Source of the DNA: Eubacteriales bacterium
GTDB lineage: Bacteria; Bacillota; Clostridia; Oscillospirales; SIG627
Length of the DNA stretch: 64,000 bases
NCBI GenBank assembly: GCA_045660745.1
Contig: JAZREJ010000022.1
Span: 13,232-77,231 of the forward strand
Direction: 5' to 3'
The first letter of the stretch is position 1, and each line of letters opens with the position of its first letter. A program made the position numbers and the translations under genes. The notes under the pieces are model-generated. The model searched no databases, was not told where the DNA came from, and saw only the letters and a list, made by a program, of their open reading frames with translations. Below are positions 37,481 through 47,690 of the stretch, piece after piece.

Positions 37481-38332
37481 TTACAATATATACGCAAAAT
37501 ATGACAATATTCTGTCCTCTCTCAGAGAGCGAAGTGCACGCTCAGCAAGATATCGCTTTTCAAACATTCCGAACACCGTCGGACCCGCCCCTGTCATTCG
37601 TGCGGCAAATGCACCAAGCTCCAAAAGTTTTTCCCGAAGGGATGCAACCTCAGGACACTCAGCAAAAATATTGGACTCGAAAACATTACACATTCCGTTT
37701 TTCAAAAGGGGAAAATTTCCGCTCTCAAGCGCCTTTATTACATCGGTATGAGAGCCTGTAAAGGCAGTCTGATATGTATCAAAATCGGAATACACCTTAG
37801 CGGTTGAAAGCTTTAGTGCATTCTTGGCAACAACAACGTAAAGCCTTTTAGGGGACGGCATTATCGGAGTAATAATCTCTCCTGTTCCCTGACAGAGAGC
37901 ACTCGTCTCGGTCATACAAAACGGCACGTCGGAACCAAGCGACAGGGCGAGTGCACCTCTTTTTTCGTCATCAAGTGCACCGTAAAGACGTTCCATGAGC
38001 TTTATAACAGTGGCAGCATCAGCGCTTCCACCGCCCATACCGCTGTTTGACGGAATAAGCTTTTTTAGTGTTATTTTTACGCTCTCGTCTTTGATTCCTT
38101 TATACTCAAGGTATCTTTTAGCAGCAACAACACACAGGTTTTTGTCATCGTTTCGAAGATAAGAGGCATTTGTCTCAAATTCAAGCGCTTCGCTCTTTGT
38201 AACACTTATCTCATCATAAAGGGAAATATGCGACATTACAGACGTTATTGGGTGATATCCATCGTCCCTCTTTGCGCCCACTTCAAGTGTAAGATTAAGC
38301 TTTGCAGGAGCGCGCATTGTTACAGACTTCAT
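37481..38332 (-). CDS. ispE: 4-diphosphocytidyl-2-C-methyl-D-erythritol kinase
   Basis: APAKLNL, DGYH, GMGGGSADAA, GSDVPF and MTGAGPT. Confidence 0.93.
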   Translation of the reverse strand: MKSVTMRAPAKLNLTLEVGAKRDDGYHPITSVMSHISLYDEISVTKSEALEFETNASYLRNDDKNLCVVAAKRYLEYKGIKDESVKITLKKLIPSNSGMGGGSADAATVIKLMERLYGALDDEKRGALALSLGSDVPFCMTETSALCQGTGEIITPIMPSPKRLYVVVAKNALKLSTAKVYSDFDTYQTAFTGSHTDVIKALESGNFPLLKNGMCNVFESNIFAECPEVASLREKLLELGAFAARMTGAGPTVFGMFEKRYLAERALRSLREDRILSYFAYIL

Positions 38333-39096
38333 TTAGTATCCTTCTTTTTGAAGCTGAATTTGTTTTCGGTTCGATTCATAAGTCGTTTTATATTCTCTCG
38401 GTGCATTATTATAATAATAGCGGCAATGAGCACGGTGATTATAGCCTCTATTCCTCCTTGCTTAGGTACAAAAGCGTCTTTAAGAAGCGGAAAGAAGAAT
38501 GCACAAATAATACTTCCGAGTGAAATATACTTTGAAAAATACACTATAGATATAAAGATCAAGATAAGGCAGAAGAAAATTACAGGCTCAAGAACAAGGA
38601 TCGTCACCGCCGAAACGACAACTCCCTTTCCGCCACGGAACTTATGATATATCGGGAAAATATGACCGAGTATACAGAACAGTCCAGCAATATATGCACC
38701 GCCGTTGCCCATCAAAAGCATTGCGACAAGAACTGCCACTGCAGCCTTAACACCGTCAAGAACCAAGGTAAGAATGCCAGCTTTTCTGCCGTAAGTTCTC
38801 AGCATATTGGTAGCGCCAGCATTTCCGCTTCCGTGAGACCTGACGTCATCCTTATGCCAATGCTTTGACAACACTACCGCAAAATTAATACTTCCGAGAA
38901 GATATCCGAGTAGCGCACAGAAAAAGAGCGCCGCTCCGAGTACCCACCCGTGTCCGTAGGACATTGCGTCAAAGAATACCCCGTCGAAGCTGAACTTATA
39001 ATATCCCTCGGGAGTATCAGCGCCAAGCGGGATATTATACTTTTCAATAAATTTACCGAGTATAAATCCAAAATCCTTTATGACAGCGAAATTCAT
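38329..39096 (-). CDS. plsY: glycerol-3-phosphate acyltransferase PlsY
   Basis: YLLGSI, GSGNAGATN, GHIFP...GGKGV and HRENIKRL. Confidence 0.93.
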   Translation of the reverse strand: MNFAVIKDFGFILGKFIEKYNIPLGADTPEGYYKFSFDGVFFDAMSYGHGWVLGAALFFCALLGYLLGSINFAVVLSKHWHKDDVRSHGSGNAGATNMLRTYGRKAGILTLVLDGVKAAVAVLVAMLLMGNGGAYIAGLFCILGHIFPIYHKFRGGKGVVVSAVTILVLEPVIFFCLILIFISIVYFSKYISLGSIICAFFFPLLKDAFVPKQGGIEAIITVLIAAIIIIMHRENIKRLMNRTENKFSFKKKDTK

Positions 39097-40421
39097 TCCT
39101 TATCCCCCTTCTCGCGGATTATAAGCTTTATAGGTGTACCCGCAAATCCGAATGTGTTTCTCAGGCAGTTTTCTATATATCTCTGATAAGAAAAATGGAA
39201 AAGTTCGGCGCGGTTGCAGAAAATAACAAACGTGGGAGGCTTTACACCTATCTGTGTCATGTAGTAGATTTTTAAGAACTTACCCTTATCGCTGGGAGGC
39301 TGAACACGACTTGTCGCCTCGGCAAGCACCTCGTTGAGCATACCTGTTGAGATTCGGGTGGATGACTGCATATTAACGTAGTTTATCTCCCCAAAGAGCT
39401 TATCAACACGCTGACCCGTCTTAGCCGAAATGAAGTGGATTGGCGCATAGGTCATGTAAGAGAGCGCTTGATAAACCTTTTCGGTAAATTCCTTGTGGGT
39501 GGTATTATCCTTTTCCACCGTATCCCACTTATTAACGCAAATAATAGATGCCTTACCCGCCTCGTGAGCAAGACCTGCGATTCGCTCATCCTGTGCGGTA
39601 ACACCCTCGCCTGCATCAACCATGATGAGACAGACGTCGCTGCGCTCAAGGGCAAGATTTGCACGGAGTACACTATACTTCTCAACCGCATCCTCGATTT
39701 TTGCGTTACGGCGAATACCTGCGGTGTCGATGAGCACGTACTTACCGTAATCGTTATCTACAAGTGAGTCGATAGCATCTCTCGTTGTACCCGCAATGTC
39801 GGATACGATAACTCGCTCCTCACCGAGAATTCGGTTGACAAGTGAGCTTTTACCCGCATTAGGCTTTCCGATAACCGCAACCTTGATTCTGTCATCCTCC
39901 TCTTCCTCCTCGGTCTGCTCGGGGAAGTAGGAAATAACCTCGTCAAGCACGTCACCCGTACCCGTGCCGTGAATGGAGGATACGGAAATGGGGTCATTCT
40001 CAAAGCCCAGCTCATAGAATTCGTAATATTCCATGGGGGGTGCGCCTATCTTATCGCACTTGTTTACCGCAAGTACAACAGGCTTACCCGACTTTTTAAG
40101 AAGGGTGGCGATGTCTCTGTCCTGTGCGGTAACACCTGTGGTAACGTCTGTAAGCATTATAATAACGTCGGCAGATTCGATAGCAATCTGTGCCTGTGTG
40201 AAAATATGCTTGAGTATTATATCGTCGGTCTTAGGCTCGATACCTCCTGTATCAATAAGGGTCATTGCCCTGCCCGACCATTCGGTTTCAAAATAAATTC
40301 TGTCACGGGTGACGCCGGGGGTATCCTCGACGATAGCAATTCGCTGTCCCGATATTTTGTTAAAAAACGTACTCTTGCCAACGTTTGGTCTGCCGACAAT
40401 TGCAACAACGGGTTTTGCCAT
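39093..40421 (-). CDS. der: ribosome biogenesis GTPase Der (EngA)
   Basis: two G domains (GRPNVGKS, GKPNAGKS) plus KH-like tail. Confidence 0.97.
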   Translation of the reverse strand: MAKPVVAIVGRPNVGKSTFFNKISGQRIAIVEDTPGVTRDRIYFETEWSGRAMTLIDTGGIEPKTDDIILKHIFTQAQIAIESADVIIMLTDVTTGVTAQDRDIATLLKKSGKPVVLAVNKCDKIGAPPMEYYEFYELGFENDPISVSSIHGTGTGDVLDEVISYFPEQTEEEEEDDRIKVAVIGKPNAGKSSLVNRILGEERVIVSDIAGTTRDAIDSLVDNDYGKYVLIDTAGIRRNAKIEDAVEKYSVLRANLALERSDVCLIMVDAGEGVTAQDERIAGLAHEAGKASIICVNKWDTVEKDNTTHKEFTEKVYQALSYMTYAPIHFISAKTGQRVDKLFGEINYVNMQSSTRISTGMLNEVLAEATSRVQPPSDKGKFLKIYYMTQIGVKPPTFVIFCNRAELFHFSYQRYIENCLRNTFGFAGTPIKLIIREKGDKE

Positions 40422-40426
40422 TTATA

Positions 40427-41737
40427 TCACTCCTTTATAATTTTATAAAGAAAATCGGTATCACTGTCTGTGGGTACTACCTCGACTCCAAGCTCACGCT
40501 CGACATCCTCAAGGGAAACACCGTCAAGGAACAAATCCCCCTCGTGCCTGAGTGCACATCTCGGAATGAAGAGATTTGAGCCAAGCTCCTTTCCCTTCAG
40601 CTGTGCGATAATATCCTGACCGACGAGAAGTCCCGACACGGTAACACTCTCGCCGTAAAAGTCATTTCTTATAACGTGTACGTCACACTCTATATTATAC
40701 CAAACTTCTCGGATTTTTTCAACAAGAAATCTTATATGTTCGCCTGCGGCAACACCCGTTGCGATGCTGACTCGGCGATTTTGTGAAAAATCATCTTCGT
40801 CTTCCTTCAAAAACTCAATTTCCGAGAGCACGTCGCTTTGCATGGAGCGTATCATCCCGACGCCGTTTTCAAGCTGAGGATATCCCTCGTAAAAATCTTC
40901 GTTCGGGAGCTCAAGTCCTGCCGTCAAATAAAACTCGTCGGATGCGAAAACAATACGCGTTCCGAACTTCTCCATGAAATGCTCCCCCCAGCCTTCGAGC
41001 ATTTTTACAACCTCGCAGGCGCTATCCTTATCAAAGGCTTCAAGAGGGTAAAGACCGTTTCTGTACTTTGTCAGTCCTACGGGAACTACAGCAATGCTTG
41101 CAAGTCTTGGAACAAACCGCTCAAGGTCTGAAAGTGTTTTTTCGAGATACTCACCGTCATTTACTCCGCGGCAGAGAACGATCTGCACGTTGAGCTCAAG
41201 CCCGCCGTCATAAAGTATCTGCATCTGGTCAAGAATCTTACCCGCAAAGCGGTTGCCAAGCATCATACATCTGCGCTCAGGGTCTGTCACCTGCACCGAG
41301 ATATTGACGGGAGAAATGTGCATTTTGCAAAGTCGGTGAAGCTCCTCGTCGGGGACGTTCGTAAGAGTGACGTAGTTCCCGAATAAAAATGAAAGTCGGG
41401 TATCGTCATCCTTGAAATATATCCCCTCCCTCATTCCGTGAGGGTTCTGGTCAATAAAGCAAAAGATACATTTATTCGAGCATCTTTGCTGTTTATCCAT
41501 GAGAAACGTCTCAAATTCAAGACCAATCTCGTCACATTCGTCCTTTTTTATCCTGACCTTATAGCGCTCTCCGTTTTCTCTCTCAAGCTCAAGCTCAAGC
41601 TTTGTCTCGTACATATAAAAACGGTAGTCCAATACGTCGCGGATAGGATGAGCGTTTACCGATATAAGCTTATCACTGTCTTTGATTCCCGCTTTTTGCG
41701 CGTGTGAGCCTTGCGTTACCTTGTATATCTTTACCAT
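40427..41737 (-). CDS. DUF512 / PDZ radical-SAM-like Fe-S protein
   Basis: N-terminal PDZ; CSNKCIFCF; KDDDTRLSF; PQLENGVG; typical position upstream of der. Confidence 0.88.
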   Translation of the reverse strand: MVKIYKVTQGSHAQKAGIKDSDKLISVNAHPIRDVLDYRFYMYETKLELELERENGERYKVRIKKDECDEIGLEFETFLMDKQQRCSNKCIFCFIDQNPHGMREGIYFKDDDTRLSFLFGNYVTLTNVPDEELHRLCKMHISPVNISVQVTDPERRCMMLGNRFAGKILDQMQILYDGGLELNVQIVLCRGVNDGEYLEKTLSDLERFVPRLASIAVVPVGLTKYRNGLYPLEAFDKDSACEVVKMLEGWGEHFMEKFGTRIVFASDEFYLTAGLELPNEDFYEGYPQLENGVGMIRSMQSDVLSEIEFLKEDEDDFSQNRRVSIATGVAAGEHIRFLVEKIREVWYNIECDVHVIRNDFYGESVTVSGLLVGQDIIAQLKGKELGSNLFIPRCALRHEGDLFLDGVSLEDVERELGVEVVPTDSDTDFLYKIIKE

Positions 41738-41766
41738 ACGCTCTCCTTTCAAAATTTGCAAAAAAA

Positions 41767-41797
41767 TGTGTCATGCCCCAAAGAAGGCATGACACAT
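41767..41797 (-). terminator. terminator after rpmF
   Basis: TGTGTCATGCC...GGCATGACACA with A-run on the left. Confidence 0.8.
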
Positions 41798-41825
41798 CCT
41801 TTTGTTTAGTCAAACCAAGCTCCAA

Positions 41826-42005
41826 TTAGTCCTGCTTAATGACTTCCTTGCCATTGTAAGAACCGCACTTGGAACAAACTCTGTGAGGAAGGTTGTACTC
41901 TCCGCACTTGGGGCATACAGACATTCCGGGCACTTTGAGCTTCCACACGCTGGAACGTCTCTTGTTCTGTCTCTGACTGGATACTTTTCTCTTCGGTACT
42001 GCCAT
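41826..42005 (-). CDS. rpmF: 50S ribosomal protein L32 (zinc-ribbon type)
   Basis: MAVPKRKVS...CPKCG...HRVCSKCG. Confidence 0.97.
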   Translation of the reverse strand: MAVPKRKVSSQRQNKRRSSVWKLKVPGMSVCPKCGEYNLPHRVCSKCGSYNGKEVIKQD

Positions 42006-42052
42006 CTTACTTGACACCTCCTCGTTCTATACTAATAAGCATTTAAGCAATT

Positions 42053-42568
42053 TTATTCCTCGTCGAAAAAGCATTCAAGCGCTTTCCAACGGGGGTCCTT
42101 GTCCTGTAAATTACAATTACAGGTTACAAGATTAAGATCGGCACCGCATTTGGGACAAAGTCCGCGGCAATCCTCTCGGCACAGATGCGACATTGGTACG
42201 TTCAAAAAGAACGCCTCTCTCGCAAGCTCTGCAAGATCAATCTTCCCTGATTCGGGAATAATGTATTCATCATTGTCCATATTCTCAAGAGTCTCGGCAA
42301 CGGGTGCCGTTATCCTGTGTGTCAATACCCTTTCAACCGTGGTAAGACACCTTGAACAATGAGTGCGATACTTTACAGTTAACTCTGCATCAAGCTCCAT
42401 ATAGCCTGATAAATTGACCGCACGCCCTTTGATACGGGAGGGAGTGTCCACTTCAATGCCCTCAACGTCAAGCTCAGGAGTGAGCTCTGTGTCAAAGTCA
42501 AGTTCACGGATTTCCCCGCGGAGCAAGCCCGCAACGTCAAGCAGTGAAGAGTTCTGAACTATATCCAT
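42053..42568 (-). CDS. yceD: YceD / DUF177 protein
   Basis: CSRCL, CREDCRGLCPKCG and DPRW; upstream of rpmF. Confidence 0.92.
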   Translation of the reverse strand: MDIVQNSSLLDVAGLLRGEIRELDFDTELTPELDVEGIEVDTPSRIKGRAVNLSGYMELDAELTVKYRTHCSRCLTTVERVLTHRITAPVAETLENMDNDEYIIPESGKIDLAELAREAFFLNVPMSHLCREDCRGLCPKCGADLNLVTCNCNLQDKDPRWKALECFFDEE

Positions 42569-42687
42569 ACATCCTCTTTTCGGTCATATGCGAAAAACTG
42601 CAAAGTACATTATACACACCTTGACAAGTTTTGTCAACAATTTTTTTTACTTTTTATAAAAAAGTCGTATTTTTTTTAAATCAATGA

Positions 42688-44445
42688 TTATTTTGCGTTC
42701 TGCTCTCTTATTTCCTGAACCCTTGCCTTAACGTCATAGGTCTCAAGTCTTGCCTTAATTTCGTTGTAATCGTCAAGCTCTGCATAGCAGAAATCTCTGT
42801 AACCGAATATAGAGGAAGAGATACCCTCAAGCTTATTCGATCTCATGAAGTTGATTACGTTGAAGGTAAGAGGAATTGCGGGAGCCTCATCGATGAGCAT
42901 TTCTTCTGCCTTATGGAGAAGCTCGATTCTCTTGCCCTTGTTACCAACTGTATTGAATATCTCATCAATGAGCGCATTGTATTCTTCGTTGTCAAAGCCT
43001 GTGATGTGTGGCTTTGTAGTATCTGTGCCTTCGCCTATCTCGATAACGCTTCCGCTGTACTCACGTGCAAAAGGAGCAAGGAATGAGAATGCGTCGGTAG
43101 TAAGACCCTGATAGTCAATACCGATAACATCAAATTCACCTTCGTAAAGAGCGGTCTGGTAATCATTAGTTCTCACGTCATTAACTTCAACCTTGAAGCC
43201 AAGCTCTTCCCAAACAGTCTCTGTATAATTTGCAATAGCAACGTCTGCGGTGTCTCTGAGAGAAGTGATAGCAATGGTGTAATCAGCGGGATTGATTCCG
43301 GATTCCTTGATAAGAGCCTTAGCTGCTTCAATGTCTGCAGTGGTGGAAATAAGGTTGCCGCCTGCTGTACGGAATGCGGTTGAGTGATTCTTATCCTCAA
43401 CACCGTATGTTACAAAACCTGTTGCGGGAAGAGTTCCGCAGCCTGCGGTCTCTGCAATGGTGTTTCTGTCAAGAGCAAGGCTGAGCGCCTGTCTTACAAG
43501 CTTGTTATCAAAGGGAGCCTTTGTTGTATTGAAGAAGTATGTGAAGGAGGAAAGGAGATTCTTTGTGGTAATATCATCCTTATACTTTTCATACGCTTCC
43601 TTGGAAAAGCTACTGATGTAGAACATCAAGCCGTCTTCCCACATCTGGAGTCTTTCTTCTTCCGACATGTTATAATCTATCGGAAGCTGATAAGGCTCAA
43701 CTACATCCCATTCAGCTGTATCGCTTTCGGGATCACGCTGATAGCTTACGTTTCTCTGGAGAGTGAGAGTGCTTCTGAGAACGTAGTTCTTAGCGGTGAA
43801 TGCAGCGTTTGCCGCAAAGTTATCGCCTGAGCTTGACCAGCTGTCTTCTCTGCCGTATACAAGGTCCTCACGCTGAGGAGCAAGTGCAGGGCTGGCTACA
43901 GTCTTAAGGAAGAGGTCAAGATCGAACTCACCTTCAAACTCTACCTTGAGAAGAGTTCCGGACTCAGCATATACGCCAAGGTCGTCTGCAGTTACAAGAC
44001 CCGACTTAAATTCCTTTGCGTTTTTAATATTGTAAAGAAGGCACGCAGCAGGGCTGTTTGTCTCGGGAGAAAGAACACGGCGCCATGCATAAACAAAGTC
44101 GTCTGCCTGAACGGTTCTTCTGTCATCCCATCCTGTTGTGTCATTGAGCTCGAAGAAAAGGAAATATTCTCCGCGCTCCTTGTTTATCTTTGTGTACCAG
44201 TCAACAGCAATGCCCTCATGGAGATTTCCGTCTGCATCAAGGGTGGTAAGTCCTTCAAAGAACATACCTGTGTTGACAACTGTCTCCGCCTCATAGATCA
44301 TCGGAACCGCATCAATTGCGCCGAGAGCCTTTGAAACGTAAATCGGAATAACGGCACCCTTATCATCCTCGTCTCTCTTTGAACATCCTGTAAAGAGTGT
44401 AAGAATGAAGAGTGTTGCAAGTGCTAATGCTATGATTTTTTTCAT
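42688..44445 (-). CDS. oligopeptide ABC transporter substrate-binding lipoprotein (OppA-like)
   Basis: lipobox FTGC; DDFVYAWRR, APFDNKLVRQALSLALDR and AEEMLIDEAPAIPL. Confidence 0.88.
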   Translation of the reverse strand: MKKIIALALATLFILTLFTGCSKRDEDDKGAVIPIYVSKALGAIDAVPMIYEAETVVNTGMFFEGLTTLDADGNLHEGIAVDWYTKINKERGEYFLFFELNDTTGWDDRRTVQADDFVYAWRRVLSPETNSPAACLLYNIKNAKEFKSGLVTADDLGVYAESGTLLKVEFEGEFDLDLFLKTVASPALAPQREDLVYGREDSWSSSGDNFAANAAFTAKNYVLRSTLTLQRNVSYQRDPESDTAEWDVVEPYQLPIDYNMSEEERLQMWEDGLMFYISSFSKEAYEKYKDDITTKNLLSSFTYFFNTTKAPFDNKLVRQALSLALDRNTIAETAGCGTLPATGFVTYGVEDKNHSTAFRTAGGNLISTTADIEAAKALIKESGINPADYTIAITSLRDTADVAIANYTETVWEELGFKVEVNDVRTNDYQTALYEGEFDVIGIDYQGLTTDAFSFLAPFAREYSGSVIEIGEGTDTTKPHITGFDNEEYNALIDEIFNTVGNKGKRIELLHKAEEMLIDEAPAIPLTFNVINFMRSNKLEGISSSIFGYRDFCYAELDDYNEIKARLETYDVKARVQEIREQNAK

Positions 44446-44749
44446 GTAAAAAACCTCCTGCTGGAATGTGCGCATAGCGAATATAGTTTACCATAATATT
44501 TCACCTTATATAATAACACAAACACATGAATTTATCAATGATAATTTTAACTTTTCCCCCATTTGCACAATAATTTTTTTATTATTTTGGCAAAATAACC
44601 AATAAAATCCCAAAAACGAAGCATATTTGGTCCAAAAAACTTAATTCCGGACGGTTTTAGAGCACAAAAAAATCACATCGCAGATATTTTTTCCGTATAA
44701 TACCACCGGGTGCTTCCTATTTATTCTGCATCCGGAAAGGATGGATTCC

Positions 44750-45154
44750 ATGTTCCCGTTTTCCTTGCCCTGCCTTTTCAGACGTAGCGGCAGCGCTCCG
44801 TCGGGTCAGGTGTGTCTTGTCGGAGGATACGATATAAGTCGCCTCAATTTCATGAGTGCCAACGTGTGCGAGTGCGAAATCAACAACGCCGTGTCTCTTG
44901 TTGAGAGTGGCTTTGACGAATACCGCCTTGACCCCGCGGCAGTCGCTGCGAAATTCTTGAATTCGCCATCAGTGCCGTGCGCCTTCCGAGGCAAGCCTGC
45001 ATATCTCAAATGCCTCAAGACTTTATCCTGCAAGACATATGTCGTTCTGGGTATCTCCTGTGTTGGAGACGCTGTATTTGAGCTTGACTGCAGAGATACC
45101 TCTTGCGGCAAAAAAATATACACGGTCAGCCGTGCGGCTTTCATCTGCGGATAA
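44750..45154 (+). CDS. Cys-rich hypothetical protein (134 aa)
   Basis: GAAAGGA RBS 8 nt before ATG 44750; own downstream terminator; 11 Cys. Confidence 0.55.
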   Translation: MFPFSLPCLFRRSGSAPSGQVCLVGGYDISRLNFMSANVCECEINNAVSLVESGFDEYRLDPAAVAAKFLNSPSVPCAFRGKPAYLKCLKTLSCKTYVVLGISCVGDAVFELDCRDTSCGKKIYTVSRAAFICG

Positions 45155-45165
45155 AAATCCCCAAA

Positions 45166-45203
45166 CCTATCCCTCACGCTTGAGGGAAATAGGTGCGTTT
45201 TTT
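45166..45203 (+). terminator. terminator after the Cys-rich ORF
   Basis: CCTAT-CCCTCA-cgct-TGAGGG-aa-ATAGG then T-run. Confidence 0.6.
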
Positions 45204-45349
45204 GAAATATGCAAAACCACGCGTTCTTGTGAGTAATTTGCCGCAAGAAAAAGTCGTCTTCGACAGCTGATGCTCACCGAAGCTCACGAAAATCAAGCAA
45301 GCTTTTGTCTGTAACACAAAAAAGCTTGCGCAATTTCTGTGTGTAAAAT

Positions 45350-45378
45350 AAAAGTTCCTCCCGAGCGGAGGAACTTTT
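45350..45378 (-). terminator. terminator after fba
   Basis: AAAAGTTCCTCC-cgagc-GGAGGAACTTTT. Confidence 0.8.
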
Positions 45379-45388
45379 GTATTGTGAT

Positions 45389-46318
45389 TTATGCCTTATC
45401 CTTTGAGCCGAGAACGTTAACAATCTTGTGAGTAACGAGATCACGAACATTGTTTCTGGAAACCGAAAGATAAGTTCTGGGGTCGAATGCCGCGGGGTCC
45501 TTAACAAAGGTATCGCGAATACCTGCAGTGAATGCAAGACGAATATCGGAGTCGATATTGATCTTACAAACAGCCATAGAAGCCGCCTTGCGAAGAAGCT
45601 CTTCGGGAACACCTTGAGCATTTGCAAGGTTTCCGCCGTTTTCGTTGATAATCTTAACGTATTCCTGATTTACGCTGGATGCACCGTGAAGAACGATGGG
45701 GAACTCAGGGAGTCTCTTTGATATCTCTTCGAGAATGTCGAAGCGAAGCTTGGGCTCGCCCTTGAACTTGAATGCGCCGTGGCTGGTACCGATAGCGATA
45801 GCAAGAGAGTCAACGCCTGTTCTCTCAACGAAAGCCTCAACCTCTGCGGGATTTGTATACATAGCATCCTCAGCAGATACCTTAACGTCATCCTCAATGC
45901 CTGCGAGCTTACCAAGCTCACCCTCAACGGTAACACCGCGCTCGTGTGCATATTCAACTACCTTGCGGGTGATTGCAACATTGTCGTCAAAATCAAAGTG
46001 AGAGCCGTCGATCATAACGGAGGTAAAGCCGTTGTCGATACAAGCCTTACAGATTTCAAAATCTGCGCCGTGGTCAAGGTGAAGTGCGAAGTCAATTCCA
46101 GCATCCTCTGCTGCAGCCTTTGCAAGAGCCATAAGGTAAGCGGGCTTTGCATACTTTCTTGCGCCTGCGGAAACCTGAAGGATAACGGGAGAGTGCTGAG
46201 ATGCAGCAGCCTCACAGATAGCCTGAATAATCTCCATGTTATTGATGTTAAAAGCACCTACAGCATATCCGCCGTGATATGCCTTATTAAGCATTTCCTT
46301 GGTATTGATAAGTCCCAT
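45389..46318 (-). CDS. fba: fructose-1,6-bisphosphate aldolase class II
   Basis: LHLDHG, SVMIDGS, GTSHGAFK, VLHGAS and KINIDSD. Confidence 0.95.
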   Translation of the reverse strand: MGLINTKEMLNKAYHGGYAVGAFNINNMEIIQAICEAAASQHSPVILQVSAGARKYAKPAYLMALAKAAAEDAGIDFALHLDHGADFEICKACIDNGFTSVMIDGSHFDFDDNVAITRKVVEYAHERGVTVEGELGKLAGIEDDVKVSAEDAMYTNPAEVEAFVERTGVDSLAIAIGTSHGAFKFKGEPKLRFDILEEISKRLPEFPIVLHGASSVNQEYVKIINENGGNLANAQGVPEELLRKAASMAVCKINIDSDIRLAFTAGIRDTFVKDPAAFDPRTYLSVSRNNVRDLVTHKIVNVLGSKDKA

Positions 46319-46478
46319 AAATACACACCTGTCCTTTTTTAATATTTTAACATCTAATATGATAATATATATTTAGCTTAAAGTCAATAAAATCATGCAA
46401 AAAAGAAGATTTTTGTTAATTTATTAACATTTTTTGCATTCAAAAGCCTAACTTTACACCAAACATGCACAATTTCTT

Positions 46479-46507
46479 TTGACATTTCGAATTTTTTATG
46501 ATATAAT
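46479..46507 (+). promoter_or_regulatory. sigmaA promoter of the ruvCAB operon
   Basis: TTGACA-17 nt-TATAAT with extended TG. Confidence 0.8.
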
Positions 46508-46550
46508 GTACTATAAGTATATATATCTTTAAGAATACGGATTTCCAAAA

Positions 46551-47075
46551 ATGATAATATTAGGAATAGACCCGGGGATAGCAACGGTTGGTTGGGGAGT
46601 GGTTTCCTGTGACAGGGGAAGCTTTCGATATATCGACTGCGGAATAATTTCAACCCCTGCGGGGATGAGGGTAGAGCATAGACTTTACCTCATACACCGC
46701 GCTCTTGACGACATAATAACACGTTATACCCCAAACGAAATATCGGTGGAGGAGCTCTTCTACCAGAACAACCAGAAGACAGTAATCAACGTGGCTCAGG
46801 CAAGAGGCGTTATACTGCTCACTGCCGAAGAGCACAGAATACCTATTGCCGAATACACGCCGCTTCAGGTCAAGCAGGCAATAGTCGGCTACGGCAGAGC
46901 GGAAAAGAAGCAGGTCATGGAAATGACACGTATATTTTTACATCTTGACAGAGTTGTAAAGCCGGACGATGCTGCAGATGCGCTGGCATTGGCAATATGC
47001 CACGGTCACGCATCAGGTAGTAAGCTTTACGGCACACAATCACTCAAGGATTCCAAAAAGACAGGCGGTAGGTAA
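46551..47075 (+). CDS. ruvC: crossover junction endodeoxyribonuclease RuvC
   Basis: ILGIDPG, QARGV, YTPLQVK and DDAADALA. Confidence 0.96.
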   Translation: MIILGIDPGIATVGWGVVSCDRGSFRYIDCGIISTPAGMRVEHRLYLIHRALDDIITRYTPNEISVEELFYQNNQKTVINVAQARGVILLTAEEHRIPIAEYTPLQVKQAIVGYGRAEKKQVMEMTRIFLHLDRVVKPDDAADALALAICHGHASGSKLYGTQSLKDSKKTGGR

Positions 47076-47077
47076 GC

Positions 47078-47680
47078 ATGTATTACTACATTTCAGGAAA
47101 GCTTGTGCACCTTACACAAGGGTGCGCTGTTATAGATGCGGGAGGAGTCGGATACGAGATAACCGTTTCGGACAACACTCTCGCAAAGCTCCGTGCGGAA
47201 AACGCGGACAAAGCGCTTCTTTACACACATTTTCACGTTCGTGAGGATGCCGAGGAGCTGTTCGGCTTTCACTCTCTTGAAGAGAAGAGCCTTTTCATTC
47301 ATTTAATATCCGTATCGGGAGTAGGCCCTAAGGTGGCAATGTCCATACTTTCCACCCTATCCCCCGAAAAGTTAATTTATGCTATAGTGTCGGATGACGC
47401 CAAAACCATTTCCGCTTCCCCCGGAATAGGTCTGCGCACCGCACAGAAAATAATACTTGAAGTCAAGGATAAGCTCAAAAAGGACGGCGTTTCGGGAGGA
47501 GAGGACATCTCCGTTCCCATTCCCTCTCAGGACAAGGGGGCGCTTTCCGAGGCGCTTGAAGCACTCTCGGCTCTCGGATATTCACGCTCGGAGGCACTTT
47601 CAGCTCTGAAGATTGAGGGGCGCGATTCCATGAGTGTTGAAGAACTTATCCGCCGCGGACTCAAAAATCTGACAAAGTAA
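47078..47680 (+). CDS. ruvA: Holliday junction branch migration protein RuvA
   Basis: GVGYE, HVRED, VSGVGPK and ALSALGY. Confidence 0.96.
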   Translation: MYYYISGKLVHLTQGCAVIDAGGVGYEITVSDNTLAKLRAENADKALLYTHFHVREDAEELFGFHSLEEKSLFIHLISVSGVGPKVAMSILSTLSPEKLIYAIVSDDAKTISASPGIGLRTAQKIILEVKDKLKKDGVSGGEDISVPIPSQDKGALSEALEALSALGYSRSEALSALKIEGRDSMSVEELIRRGLKNLTK

Positions 47681-47690
47681 AGGATATCCC

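Noticed and set aside
44654-44663. GTTTTAGAGC, identical to the start of a type II-A CRISPR repeat
   Set aside because: Single 10-mer with no repeat-spacer periodicity and no cas genes in the window.
46390-46550. Expected LexA box upstream of ruvCAB
   Set aside because: No GAAC-n4-GTTC site seen, and its absence is not informative.
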